Shown piece by piece: positions 48,997 through 58,557 of a DNA stretch of 64,000 nt. Made by a program: the position numbers and the translations under genes. The stretch's first letter is position 1. Each line of letters opens with the position of its first letter. Location: assembly GCA_964481275.1 (NCBI GenBank), contig CAYZTD010000002.1, forward strand, positions 133,378 through 197,377, written 5' to 3'. Origin of the DNA: an uncultured Thermoplasmatales archaeon (GTDB lineage Archaea > Thermoplasmatota > E2 > DHVEG-1). A model generated the notes under the pieces. That model saw only the letters and a program-made list of their open reading frames with translations, had not been told where the DNA came from and ran no database searches.

Positions 48997-50751
48997 TTGG
49001 GAAAAACAATTATTCAAAAAATTTTTGAGAGTCATTCAAAGCAAGTTGCAAATGTTGGAGATATAATTGATATAGATATAGATGTTAGAGTAGCTCGTGA
49101 TTTTGGTGGAGCAAACGTTGTAAAAAACCTTGAAGAAAACAATCTATCAATTGATGATCCAAAAAAAACTTTTTTTACATTTGACTGTAATCCTGGAGGA
49201 TGTGATCAGAAATATGCAGCAAATCAACATATCTGCAGGCAGTTTGCAAGAAAAAATGGAATAAAAGTTTTTGATATAGACCAAGGTATTGGAACACATA
49301 TTGTAATAGATAAGGATATTGTAAAACCAGGTGGGACTATAGTTTCAACAGATTCACATGCAAATATACTTGGTGCTTATGGAGCATTTGGCCAGGGTAT
49401 GGGTGATAAAGATATGGCTCATGCATGGGCATATGGTAAAATATGGTTCAAGGTTCCACCTACAATAAAAATAGTTTTAAAGGGAATGCCTGGAAAAAAT
49501 GCTACACCTAAAGATGTCGTTTTGAAAATGTTACAAGATCTTGGTGCTAATGGCCTACTTGGTTATGCCTCTGAAATATATGGAACATATGTTGATCAGT
49601 TGTCTATCGATGGGAGAATCACTATTGCATCTATGGCAACTGAGATGGGCGGAATAATACTTCTATTTCCAAACAAAGATGGGTTTTCTGCTGATCCTGA
49701 TTGTACATATGAAAAAACAATAGAAGTAGATATATCTGGTATTGAACCAATGATCTCTAAACCTGGTCACCCTGAAGATGTAGTCAAAGTATCTAGTTTA
49801 AAAGACGTAAAAGTTGATTCTGGGATTATTGCATCTTGTACTAATGGTAGAATGGATGACATGAGAGCTGCTGCAAGAATACTTAAAGGTAAAAAAATAG
49901 CTCCCGGGAGGGTTTTAAAGATAGTTCCATCTACTAATAAGATATGGAAACAATGCCTCGATGAAGGGCTTATTAAAATCTTTAAAGATGCAGGAGCACT
50001 TGTTGGGAGTGCAGGCTGTGCTAGTTGTGCTGCAGGGCAAATCGGTCAAACAGGTAAAGAAGAAGTAGAAGTTTCAACTGGTAACAGAAATTATGTTGGA
50101 AAACAAGGCAAAGGTGATGTTTACCTGACTAGCCCTGAAACGGTTGCTGCAAGTCTAGTAGCTGGATATATTACAAAAAAAGATAGTATTCCTAAAAATC
50201 CTATTGAACTACAAATAAAAAAAGAAAAAAACTTTGAAAGTAAAAAAGAAGAAACTAATAAAGAATCTCCTTTAAAACTTGAGGGCCGTGCATGGGTTAT
50301 TAAAAAAGATAATATTGATACAGATATGATATATCACAATAGATATCTATCTATCACTGATATTTCAGAGATGGGGCAATACGCATTTGATAATCTAAAA
50401 GGCTATGAAGACTTTGCTAAAAAGGCAAAACCTGGAGACATTGTTGTTACTGGTAAAAACTTTGGCTGTGGAAGTAGCAGACAGCAGGCAGTTGATTGCT
50501 TCAAAAGCCTTGGAATAAGCTTGATTATTGCTGAATCCTTTGGTTCGATTTATGAAAGAAACGCAATCAATAATGCAATGCCTATAATGATTGCAGAAGA
50601 TATTACTGATAAGATAGATGATAAGGATATAATTACTGTTGATTTAAAAAATGGTAAAATTTTTGATAAATCCAAAAATAAAGAAATCAAAGGCAAACCT
50701 TTTTCAAAATCTCAACTTGAAATCTATAAACGTGGTGGTCTTTTAGCATAA
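48997..50751 (+). CDS. fused large+small subunit aconitase-family dehydratase (LeuC-LeuD type)
   Basis: The LeuC-like N-terminal part has DSHANILGAY, ASCTNGRMDD and GCASCAAGQIG. The LeuD-like C-terminal part has GKNFGCGSSRQQA. 584 aa. Confidence 0.75.
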   Translation: MGKTIIQKIFESHSKQVANVGDIIDIDIDVRVARDFGGANVVKNLEENNLSIDDPKKTFFTFDCNPGGCDQKYAANQHICRQFARKNGIKVFDIDQGIGTHIVIDKDIVKPGGTIVSTDSHANILGAYGAFGQGMGDKDMAHAWAYGKIWFKVPPTIKIVLKGMPGKNATPKDVVLKMLQDLGANGLLGYASEIYGTYVDQLSIDGRITIASMATEMGGIILLFPNKDGFSADPDCTYEKTIEVDISGIEPMISKPGHPEDVVKVSSLKDVKVDSGIIASCTNGRMDDMRAAARILKGKKIAPGRVLKIVPSTNKIWKQCLDEGLIKIFKDAGALVGSAGCASCAAGQIGQTGKEEVEVSTGNRNYVGKQGKGDVYLTSPETVAASLVAGYITKKDSIPKNPIELQIKKEKNFESKKEETNKESPLKLEGRAWVIKKDNIDTDMIYHNRYLSITDISEMGQYAFDNLKGYEDFAKKAKPGDIVVTGKNFGCGSSRQQAVDCFKSLGISLIIAESFGSIYERNAINNAMPIMIAEDITDKIDDKDIITVDLKNGKIFDKSKNKEIKGKPFSKSQLEIYKRGGLLA

Positions 50752-50823
50752 AAGTTTTATTATTTTAGTAAAACTCTTTTAACCTCTTTTTACATTTCAT
50801 AAAATGCATTTGGGGGTTTTTGG

Positions 50824-52053
50824 ATGATTGTAAATGCTGATCTTCATATACATTCGCGTTTTTCTGGTGCTACAAGTAATAAGATGAATATCAAAACTAT
50901 TTCAAAAGAAGCTCCTAGAAAAGGTATTGATATTGTAGGAACCGGTGATTGCCTTCATAGTGGTTGGCTAAAAGAGATTAAACAATGTAATCTTGTTGAG
51001 GAAGGAACATTTGAATTAAACAACACTCGTTTTATTCTTAGTACTGAAATTGAAGCTATACAACGTGTTCATCATTTAGTTTATTTTCCAAGTTTTCCAT
51101 CTGTATTGGATTTCAAAGAACGTATAAAATCAAAATCCAAGAATCTGGAATCTGATGGTAGACCAAATGTTAAAATGTCTGGTGAAGAACTAGCTGAAAT
51201 CGCTAGAGATGTCGATGCATTAATTGGTCCTGCTCATGCTTTTACTCCTTATACTGCAATTTATGCTCATTATGATTCATTAAAAGATTGTTATGGTGAT
51301 ATGGCTGATTATGTAAGTTTTGTCGAGCTTGGTCTTAGTGCTGATAGTTATTTTGCTGATAAAATAAGAGAACTTCATAGACTTACTTTTCTTACAAACT
51401 CTGATTGTCATAGCCCACATCCAGTTCGTCTCGGTCGTGAATTTAATCGTTTTAAAGTAAAAGATGCAACTTTTAATGAAATTAAAAAAGCAATTCTTAG
51501 AGAAGACGGTAATAAATCTATTCTAAATGTAGGTCTTCCACCTCAAGAAGGAAAGTATCACGAAACAGCTTGTCGTAAATGTTTCACTCATTATGATATA
51601 GAGGAGGCAAAAAGAAGACGTTTTAAATGTAGTTGTGGTGGAAGAATAAAGAAAGGTGTAAAAGATAATATAAATGAAAAAGCTGATTTTTCAGAACCTC
51701 AGCACCCTGATCATAGACCAGAATATGTGCATCTTATTCCCATGGCTGAAATTATTACAAAGGCAATCGGTCAGAGAAATCCTTTTACTAATACTGTTAC
51801 AAAACGTTTTGATGAACTTATAGATGTATTTGGTAGTGAAATAAATGTTTTACTTGAGGCTGATATACGCAAGATTGCAAAGGTTACAGCTCCTGTAATA
51901 ACAGAGGCTATTCAATCATTCAGGGATAAAAAAGTTGTGATTATTCCTGGTGGAGGCGGAGAATATGGTAAAATTGAACTTCCAAAAGAAGATATAGTTA
52001 CTATCCCTAATCTTGGTCCAAAAGATAGACAAACTATTCTTACTGATTATTAA
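50824..52053 (+). CDS. PHP-domain (polymerase/histidinol phosphatase-like) metal-dependent hydrolase with a C-terminal Cys-rich region
   Basis: The N-terminal ADLHIHSRFSGATS motif is typical of PHP domains. A CxxC...CxC cluster is present (CRKCF...CSCGG). Confidence 0.65.
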   Translation: MIVNADLHIHSRFSGATSNKMNIKTISKEAPRKGIDIVGTGDCLHSGWLKEIKQCNLVEEGTFELNNTRFILSTEIEAIQRVHHLVYFPSFPSVLDFKERIKSKSKNLESDGRPNVKMSGEELAEIARDVDALIGPAHAFTPYTAIYAHYDSLKDCYGDMADYVSFVELGLSADSYFADKIRELHRLTFLTNSDCHSPHPVRLGREFNRFKVKDATFNEIKKAILREDGNKSILNVGLPPQEGKYHETACRKCFTHYDIEEAKRRRFKCSCGGRIKKGVKDNINEKADFSEPQHPDHRPEYVHLIPMAEIITKAIGQRNPFTNTVTKRFDELIDVFGSEINVLLEADIRKIAKVTAPVITEAIQSFRDKKVVIIPGGGGEYGKIELPKEDIVTIPNLGPKDRQTILTDY

Positions 52054-52055
52054 AA

Positions 52056-52508
52056 TTGGTGATAATTTTGAACTATGATATAGCACTTAAAAAGATAAAA
52101 AATATGATTGTTTCTTCAAATAATGTTTTAGATGAAGTTGTATTGTTTCTTTATGAAAACTTTGATCACTATACTTGGATTGGAGTCTATTTAGTTGAGG
52201 GAGAACATCTAATTTTAGGTCCATGGAAAGGTCCAAATGCTACAGAACATACTAAAATCCCAATAGGACAAGGTGTGTGTGGTGCTGCAGCAGAAAGTGG
52301 AAAAACAGAGATTGTTGATGATGTAAGAAAGGACGATAGATATTTGGCTTGTTTTTTATCAACTAAATCTGAAATTGTTGTTCCAATAAAAAAAGAAGAT
52401 AAAATTATTGGTGAAATAGATATAGATTCAGATAAACCCGCTGCTTTTACAAAAAATGATAAACTATTTTTAGAAAAAGTTGCAGATATGCTCTCCAAGC
52501 ATATCTAA
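52056..52508 (+). CDS. GAF-domain protein (free Met-R-sulfoxide reductase-like)
   Basis: About 150 aa with GAF-like conserved blocks WIGVYLVEGEHLILGPWKG and GQGVCGAAAESG. The start is uncertain (TTG at 52056). Confidence 0.6.
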   Translation: MVIILNYDIALKKIKNMIVSSNNVLDEVVLFLYENFDHYTWIGVYLVEGEHLILGPWKGPNATEHTKIPIGQGVCGAAAESGKTEIVDDVRKDDRYLACFLSTKSEIVVPIKKEDKIIGEIDIDSDKPAAFTKNDKLFLEKVADMLSKHI

Positions 52509-52537
52509 AAAATATTTTCTGTGTTCAAGACTCTTGT

Positions 52538-53566
52538 TCATAATCCAAATAAATTTTTAATGTTTTTCAGATAAGGTGATGATGCTAGATTAATATTGCT
52601 AAGTATATTTTCTAATGTAAAAATTTTAGATTTAGCGTTACTAATTTTAAATTCATATGTTATTTTATCTGATTTACAATAATCATCTGTATTTTCACAG
52701 GTTATTTCAACATAAATCCCATCACCTTTTGCTGCCGGGGTTGTATCTATTTCAACATCTATATCTATTTTTCCATCTTCTGGAATTAAGTCTTCACCAT
52801 TCTTTGGTCTTATTTCTATATCCAGACTCGGTAAATCATTCCCAATTCTTGTACTTCTCACTTCAGCAATCCCTTTTAATCGCCAATCTAGTTTTGAACC
52901 GTCTTGACCTATATTTTCTAAACTAACTGTTCCTTGAATAATAGATCCTACTTTTACATTATCCCAGTCTAAATTACTTGTTAATCTAATTTCAGGTTCA
53001 TAAGAAAACTCAAAATCGATATGAACTGTTTTCCATTTATAATCTGTTTGACACCAGACCCATGTAAAGTTTTCGCCTATAGGTTTATATTCTGAATGTT
53101 CTCCTTGTAAGTAAATTTCTACAGGATTATAAAATAATTCTTCTGCCTTGACTTCTACATATAGCGTTCTGCTATCTTCATCTATGCTCCAATCATTATC
53201 ACTAAAGCTTTTAGAATCATTTCCTTTGATATCTGTATCAGATACATCTTTATCTATACTAAATTCCCATTTCTCTTCCCATGTGTTTAATGCCCCTTCT
53301 TTAAAATCACAATCAACAGTTAACTTATATAAATCATCTATGTCATAACTTACAATACTGATTGGATTTTCTTTGAGATTAATTTTAACTATACCATCAT
53401 AGATTGTTATTTTACCTAAATTTATAGTATCGGTATATTCTTCGTAGCTTAATTTGTTATTTTTAATTTTATTTACCTTTTTATTTATTGAAATTCCATT
53501 TATTGATGGTATCAATATCACTAATGCTATAACTAATATTAAGGTTATATTTACTATTTTATTCAT
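52538..53566 (-). CDS. secreted hypothetical protein with the shared C-terminal tail
   Basis: Signal peptide (MNKIVNITLILVIALVILIPSING). The tail is KSKIFTLENILSNINLASSPYLKNIKNLFGL. Confidence 0.6.
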   Translation of the reverse strand: MNKIVNITLILVIALVILIPSINGISINKKVNKIKNNKLSYEEYTDTINLGKITIYDGIVKINLKENPISIVSYDIDDLYKLTVDCDFKEGALNTWEEKWEFSIDKDVSDTDIKGNDSKSFSDNDWSIDEDSRTLYVEVKAEELFYNPVEIYLQGEHSEYKPIGENFTWVWCQTDYKWKTVHIDFEFSYEPEIRLTSNLDWDNVKVGSIIQGTVSLENIGQDGSKLDWRLKGIAEVRSTRIGNDLPSLDIEIRPKNGEDLIPEDGKIDIDVEIDTTPAAKGDGIYVEITCENTDDYCKSDKITYEFKISNAKSKIFTLENILSNINLASSPYLKNIKNLFGL

Positions 53567-53816
53567 AATTATTGCCGTTTAATTTAGAACATCTTATCTA
53601 AGATAAAATATTTAAACTTTTTTATTTATATATTAGTATAGATTTAATGTAAAAATGATTTTTTCATTTAAATTTTATTAATTAAAAAATAATAGATATG
53701 CTCAGTGAGCATATCTGATCAGCACTCAAGATCTTCATCACAGGCTAGAAAGCCTCAGAAAGGGTTCGTTCATCACTGTTTAATGAAATATATCTTCAAA
53801 GATTTAATAGTTATGA

Positions 53817-54035
53817 TTATATCATTTCTCCAATTTCTACTTCGTCATCTTCTGAAAGAAAATAATCGTCTATTTCTTCCGAGATATCATCTTCAGAGAT
53901 TTCTTCGTCTGAATTATAACCGTATTGATCTTCACTAGTATCAAATTGATTAAATGTAACAAAAACAACAGTTGCAGATATTACTACCATCAAAAGAATA
54001 AAAGTTGATATAATTTTTTTATTCATTCTTGTCAT
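53817..54035 (-). CDS. small single-pass membrane protein with a highly acidic C-terminal region
   Basis: 72 aa. A TM helix (IISTFILLMVVISATVVFVTF) is followed by a D/E/S-rich tail. Confidence 0.45.
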   Translation of the reverse strand: MTRMNKKIISTFILLMVVISATVVFVTFNQFDTSEDQYGYNSDEEISEDDISEEIDDYFLSEDDEVEIGEMI

Positions 54036-54045
54036 CTCCTCAATT

Positions 54046-54990
54046 TTAGTTACTATTTCCTTTCCTGTTTCCTTGTCCTAATCCTGGGTTATTATTCCAT
54101 GGTTCGTTTGGTATATCCTGATTATTAGTAATTTTGTTTTGAATAAATTCTTTTAATTTCTCATTACTGGTATTATTTATCTTTTCTAGTCGATCTTGCA
54201 ATCTTTCTTGTTTACTTTGTATAAAATTATTTGTTACTTTATTTGCAATTGAATTCGCGTTTGCTTTAGTATGGATTTTTTCCTTTCTTAACTGTGAAAA
54301 TATTTCGTTTTTCTTTTCCTTTGCTTTCATGCTTATAATTTTACCTAATTGTAACTTAACTTGATTTATAGACATAGTTCCATTCATATATTGGTTTACT
54401 AATGAGTTATTTCCTTGTCCAACCATTTCATATAGTTTGTAAATTTGGTTTCTATTAAACTGTTTAATACGATTTCTTATTTTTTTACTATAGTTTTGTA
54501 GGTCGCTAGCATTTTCTCTTATTTGTTCTCTTATTTGATTATATTTTGAATCACTAAGTAAATCCTTTATTGTATCTCTAAATTGTGTTGTAAGATTCTT
54601 TGCATCGCTTTTAAGTCCAACAAAAATTTCAACTGAATCATTTGATCCCGGATCTGTGGAATTAACTTCTTCTAAAATAAGTCTCATTTCATCTATTATT
54701 AGTTCTAAGTCTGATGTATTATAATCCAATCCTTGTAAAACATCGAGTATCATTTCACCTTTCAAAATATTTTTTGTAATTGCTTTTTCAAGTTGTAAGA
54801 GTCTTATTTCAGAACCAAGAGAATAATTCATTATTTCTATTTCTTCTATTGTTTCATTATCAACAGGATCTTCTGTTTCATTTTCTACTTCTTGGTTAGA
54901 AGAACCATTTTCAGCTTCATCTGCTAATGCTAAAGAAGTAACAGAAATCGTTAGCATTAGCACCATTATTATACTCATCATTTTTTTCAT
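54046..54990 (-). CDS. secreted coiled-coil / low-complexity protein
   Basis: Signal peptide (MKKMMSIIMVLMLTISVTSLALA). It is Asn/Glu/Lys/Gln-rich with heptad-like repeats. ATG at 54990 is preferred over the upstream start. Confidence 0.55.
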   Translation of the reverse strand: MKKMMSIIMVLMLTISVTSLALADEAENGSSNQEVENETEDPVDNETIEEIEIMNYSLGSEIRLLQLEKAITKNILKGEMILDVLQGLDYNTSDLELIIDEMRLILEEVNSTDPGSNDSVEIFVGLKSDAKNLTTQFRDTIKDLLSDSKYNQIREQIRENASDLQNYSKKIRNRIKQFNRNQIYKLYEMVGQGNNSLVNQYMNGTMSINQVKLQLGKIISMKAKEKKNEIFSQLRKEKIHTKANANSIANKVTNNFIQSKQERLQDRLEKINNTSNEKLKEFIQNKITNNQDIPNEPWNNNPGLGQGNRKGNSN

Positions 54991-55094
54991 ATTAAATACA
55001 CCTCGGATTTTTCCGATTACAATCAACTATTGGATGAAACAACATATATAATCTAACCGGAACAAAGCGGAACAAGCTGGAAAAAACACAAAAA

Positions 55095-55913
55095 TTATTG
55101 TTTTTTTAAACGAATAAGATTTGACATACCTATTTTTTCAATTTCAATTAAGTCTTTAATTTCTAATGAATGTATATTTCTTGATACGGCTGCCTTAGGA
55201 ATATCCAACTCTTTTTGAATCTCAGTTTGTGTTAAAGGCCTTTTTTTATTATCTAAAAGTCTAATTATGTCTTTCTGCCTACTATTAAGTCCTCTTAAGT
55301 CGTATTCTATTTTTGAAGCTTTTTTCTTTTCAGATTTAGTATTATCTCTTTTATCTTGATATATAAAATATGTCAACAAAATTGTTAGAACTATTATTAG
55401 TAATAAAAGCAATCCTAAAATAATAGTATTTATTGAAAACTCTTCCAAAGTTTTGTTTAATTGATATTGAACAATTATTGATAATTTTTCATTATTTCCA
55501 GAACCTATAATAATTAATCTTCCAGATTCTTCTTCAATTCCGTTAAAACCAGATGCATTAATATAATTTATTTTAGCCCCATCTGGAAGATTTAAAACAT
55601 AGATATAATCTGAAAAAACTTCTTCTTTTGTTATATTAAGTAGCCAAAAACTTTGTTTTTTATAAGTATATCTCTCAGTATTTTGAACTAATAGATCAGG
55701 ATGATTTGATATACCTTCTATATCAACAACACCTGCTTCATTTACAGTTATTTCTATATCGGCATAGTAGCTTTCTGCACAACTTAAAGGAGTAAAAAAC
55801 ATTAAAAATATGAAAAGAACTACTACAACTATATGTATTTTTTTGTTCTTTACTATCATTTTTTCTCCTATAATAGTAGTTATCCCATTAAATCCCAAAT
55901 AGTATTCTTCCAA
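55095..55913 (-). CDS. membrane-anchored winged-helix (MarR/TrmB-like) transcription regulator with an extracytoplasmic N-terminal domain
   Basis: Domain order is N-terminal hydrophobic segment, a ~150-aa domain, a TM helix (IILGLLLLLIIVLTILLTYFIY), then a C-terminal wHTH (LNSRQKDIIRLLDNKKRPLTQTEIQKELDIPKAAVSRNIHSLEIKDLIEI). Confidence 0.6.
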   Translation of the reverse strand: MEEYYLGFNGITTIIGEKMIVKNKKIHIVVVVLFIFLMFFTPLSCAESYYADIEITVNEAGVVDIEGISNHPDLLVQNTERYTYKKQSFWLLNITKEEVFSDYIYVLNLPDGAKINYINASGFNGIEEESGRLIIIGSGNNEKLSIIVQYQLNKTLEEFSINTIILGLLLLLIIVLTILLTYFIYQDKRDNTKSEKKKASKIEYDLRGLNSRQKDIIRLLDNKKRPLTQTEIQKELDIPKAAVSRNIHSLEIKDLIEIEKIGMSNLIRLKKQ

Positions 55914-58234
55914 ATTTTACATAACTTATTGATTTTTTGATCTATTAACTTACAATCCTTATCTTTTATTATTAACTTATCTTTTATAATTTTTCCAATC
56001 CTTAAATAAGGAGTTTTTAAATTAGTTAGCTTTTTTTCAAATTCTTTTACTTTATCTTTTTTTACTTCTACAATCCATCTTGTGTTTGATTCTGAGAAAA
56101 GTTTGAAATCAGATCTTAAATCTGTTGAAGTTTTAGATATATCAATCTCTGCACCAATGTTTCCTCCAATAGCCATCTCAGAAAGACAGACTGCAATTCC
56201 TCCTTCACTAACATCATGGCAGGATTCAATTAGATTTTTATCAATTGCCGAGAGAATTCCTTTCATACAATTTTTTAAAATTTTAGGATCAGATCTAGGA
56301 ACAATGCCCCCTTCAGCATTCATAACGTTATAATACTCAGATCCACTCATCTCTTTTTCAGTTTTTTTACCAATAAGATAAACATAATTTCCTTCTGATT
56401 TAAAATCAGAAGTAACACATTTATGGATATCATCTACAAGTCCAATACCCATAATCTCAGGGGTAGGTGGAACAGATGTTTTAATTGATTCATTGTAAAA
56501 ACTAACGTTACCTGACATAAAAGGAAGTTTTAATTCTCTTGCAATATTTCCAAGACCACGACATGCTTCATAAAACTCTCCCATTCTCTCTGGTTTTTCA
56601 GGGTTACCAAAATTAAGACAATCACAAACAGAATCTGGTTTCGCGCCAACAGAAACAAGATTTCTACATGTTTCATCTATTGCAGAGCATGCTCCGTTAT
56701 ATGGATCTCTTTCCATAAAACGCGGGTTAATATTTGCTGTGACTGCAAGACCTCTAAATGAGTTTTCCAATGGTTTTAAAACAGTTGCATCGCCATGTCC
56801 TTCAAAGTTTATTTTTCCCTGAAGAGGTTTAATTACTGTATTTCCACGTACTTCATGGTCATATTGACGAATGACCCATTCTTTTGATGCTATATTATGG
56901 CTCTTTAGAAGTTTCTTTAAAGTATTATTTAGATCAGGTAATTCAAAATCAGGATCTTTTTTATCATATTTTTTAGGTTTTACAAACGGTCTTTCACATG
57001 TATCATAAACAGGTCCACCTGTAAAAAAATCCATATCCATTTCAAGGATTTTTTCTCCTTTATAAAATACTCTTGTTATTTTTTCAGGAATAACTTTTCC
57101 TACAACAACTGCTGTGACATCCCATTGTTTACAGATGTGGAGTACCTTATCAACATTTTCAGGAGAAACAAGAAACATCATACGTTCCTGGCTTTCTGAT
57201 ACCCATATCTCCCATGGTTTAAGTCCTTCTTCTTTTAATGGAACATTGTCCAAATGTATTTCAGCGCCAAAACCTGCATCATATGCAAGTTCACCGCATA
57301 CACAAGATAGTCCTCCTCCTCCAAAATCTTTTAATCCTTCAAGGAGCCTTTTTCTGTTACATTCAAGTGTTACATGAATAACAGGTTCTTTTGTAATAGG
57401 ATCTCCTACTTGTACTGCAGAGCGGCTACTTTCTTCACTATCATCAGTTAGTTCTGCACTTGCAAATGTTACACCATGTATACCATCTCGACCTGTTTTT
57501 CCACCCACATATATGTAGACATTACCTGGTGCTTTTGCGCGACTGTGTATCATTTCTTCTTTTTTCATTACACCAATGCAGCCAACATTTACAAGGCAAT
57601 TTCCAGTATATCCTTTATGAAAATATACTTGACCAGATAGAGTAGGTATTCCTATTCTATTTCCATAATCTCGTATTCCATCTACTACTCCTTTAAATAA
57701 AAAGCGAGGGTGTTTTGTTCCTTTTGGAACATCTTTTTGTGGTAAATCAAGTGGTCCAAAAAATAAAGGATCAACATATGCAATAGGTTGAGAACCCATG
57801 CAAACGATATCTCTCACGATACCTCCAACACCTGTTGCAGCACCACCATACGGCTCGACTGCTGATGGATGATTATGTGATTCAAGTGCTGCACAGTAAT
57901 AATGATCTTTATCAAACTCTACAACACCTGCATCTTCACGTGCGATAATTTTATCTTCTTCTATTCCAAAAACATGTTGTTTTAATGGAACTTTACTTGA
58001 TTTATAACAGCAATGTTCACTCCAGGCTTGACCAAGAGCTTCAAGCTCAATATCTGTTGGATTTCTGTTTTTTTCTTTAAAATATTTTTTTATTCTTTTC
58101 ATTTCAGATAAATTTAGTGCTATACCCATTTTTTCTGAAATTGAAACTAGTTCTTCATCTGATGCATAAAGAATATTTATTTCATAACAATCAAATTTAT
58201 CTGTCTTTTTTTTAAACAGTTTTTCTAATTCCAC
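55880..58234 (-). CDS. purL: phosphoribosylformylglycinamidine synthase II (FGAM synthase large subunit)
   Basis: 784 aa with PurL-type duplicated AIRS-like domains. It is adjacent to purS. Confidence 0.85.
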   Translation of the reverse strand: MELEKLFKKKTDKFDCYEINILYASDEELVSISEKMGIALNLSEMKRIKKYFKEKNRNPTDIELEALGQAWSEHCCYKSSKVPLKQHVFGIEEDKIIAREDAGVVEFDKDHYYCAALESHNHPSAVEPYGGAATGVGGIVRDIVCMGSQPIAYVDPLFFGPLDLPQKDVPKGTKHPRFLFKGVVDGIRDYGNRIGIPTLSGQVYFHKGYTGNCLVNVGCIGVMKKEEMIHSRAKAPGNVYIYVGGKTGRDGIHGVTFASAELTDDSEESSRSAVQVGDPITKEPVIHVTLECNRKRLLEGLKDFGGGGLSCVCGELAYDAGFGAEIHLDNVPLKEEGLKPWEIWVSESQERMMFLVSPENVDKVLHICKQWDVTAVVVGKVIPEKITRVFYKGEKILEMDMDFFTGGPVYDTCERPFVKPKKYDKKDPDFELPDLNNTLKKLLKSHNIASKEWVIRQYDHEVRGNTVIKPLQGKINFEGHGDATVLKPLENSFRGLAVTANINPRFMERDPYNGACSAIDETCRNLVSVGAKPDSVCDCLNFGNPEKPERMGEFYEACRGLGNIARELKLPFMSGNVSFYNESIKTSVPPTPEIMGIGLVDDIHKCVTSDFKSEGNYVYLIGKKTEKEMSGSEYYNVMNAEGGIVPRSDPKILKNCMKGILSAIDKNLIESCHDVSEGGIAVCLSEMAIGGNIGAEIDISKTSTDLRSDFKLFSESNTRWIVEVKKDKVKEFEKKLTNLKTPYLRIGKIIKDKLIIKDKDCKLIDQKINKLCKIWKNTIWDLMG

Positions 58235-58247
58235 TAAAACTCCCCAA

Positions 58248-58496
58248 CTATTTTTTGTTTATTTGAATTTCATATTTATGAATAACTGGATTGATAAGAA
58301 GTCTTTGACACATTTGTTCTACTTCTTTTCTTACTTTTTTTTCATTATTCGAATCAATTAAAAGATCAAAAGTACGTGTAGTTTTTGCATCTTTTACATT
58401 TTCAAAACCAAGTAATTTTAATGCTTTTAAGGTATTAACACCTTCTGGGTCAGACACTCCTTTTTTTAATCCAACTTTTACTTTTGCTTCAAACAT
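58248..58496 (-). CDS. purS: phosphoribosylformylglycinamidine synthase PurS subunit
   Basis: 82 aa, immediately upstream of purL. The GVSDPEGVNTLKAL motif is PurS-like. Confidence 0.8.
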   Translation of the reverse strand: MFEAKVKVGLKKGVSDPEGVNTLKALKLLGFENVKDAKTTRTFDLLIDSNNEKKVRKEVEQMCQRLLINPVIHKYEIQINKK

Positions 58497-58557
58497 AATA
58501 TATCAGCAGGCGGACATAAGAAATTATATAGATAAGATTATCGTTTTCAGAAAAATT

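Noticed and set aside
55880-55913. 34-nt overlap between the purL start and the end of the membrane wHTH regulator gene
   Set aside because: It most likely reflects an over-extended purL start (MELEKLF...), with a downstream Met as the real start, rather than a genuine long overlap.
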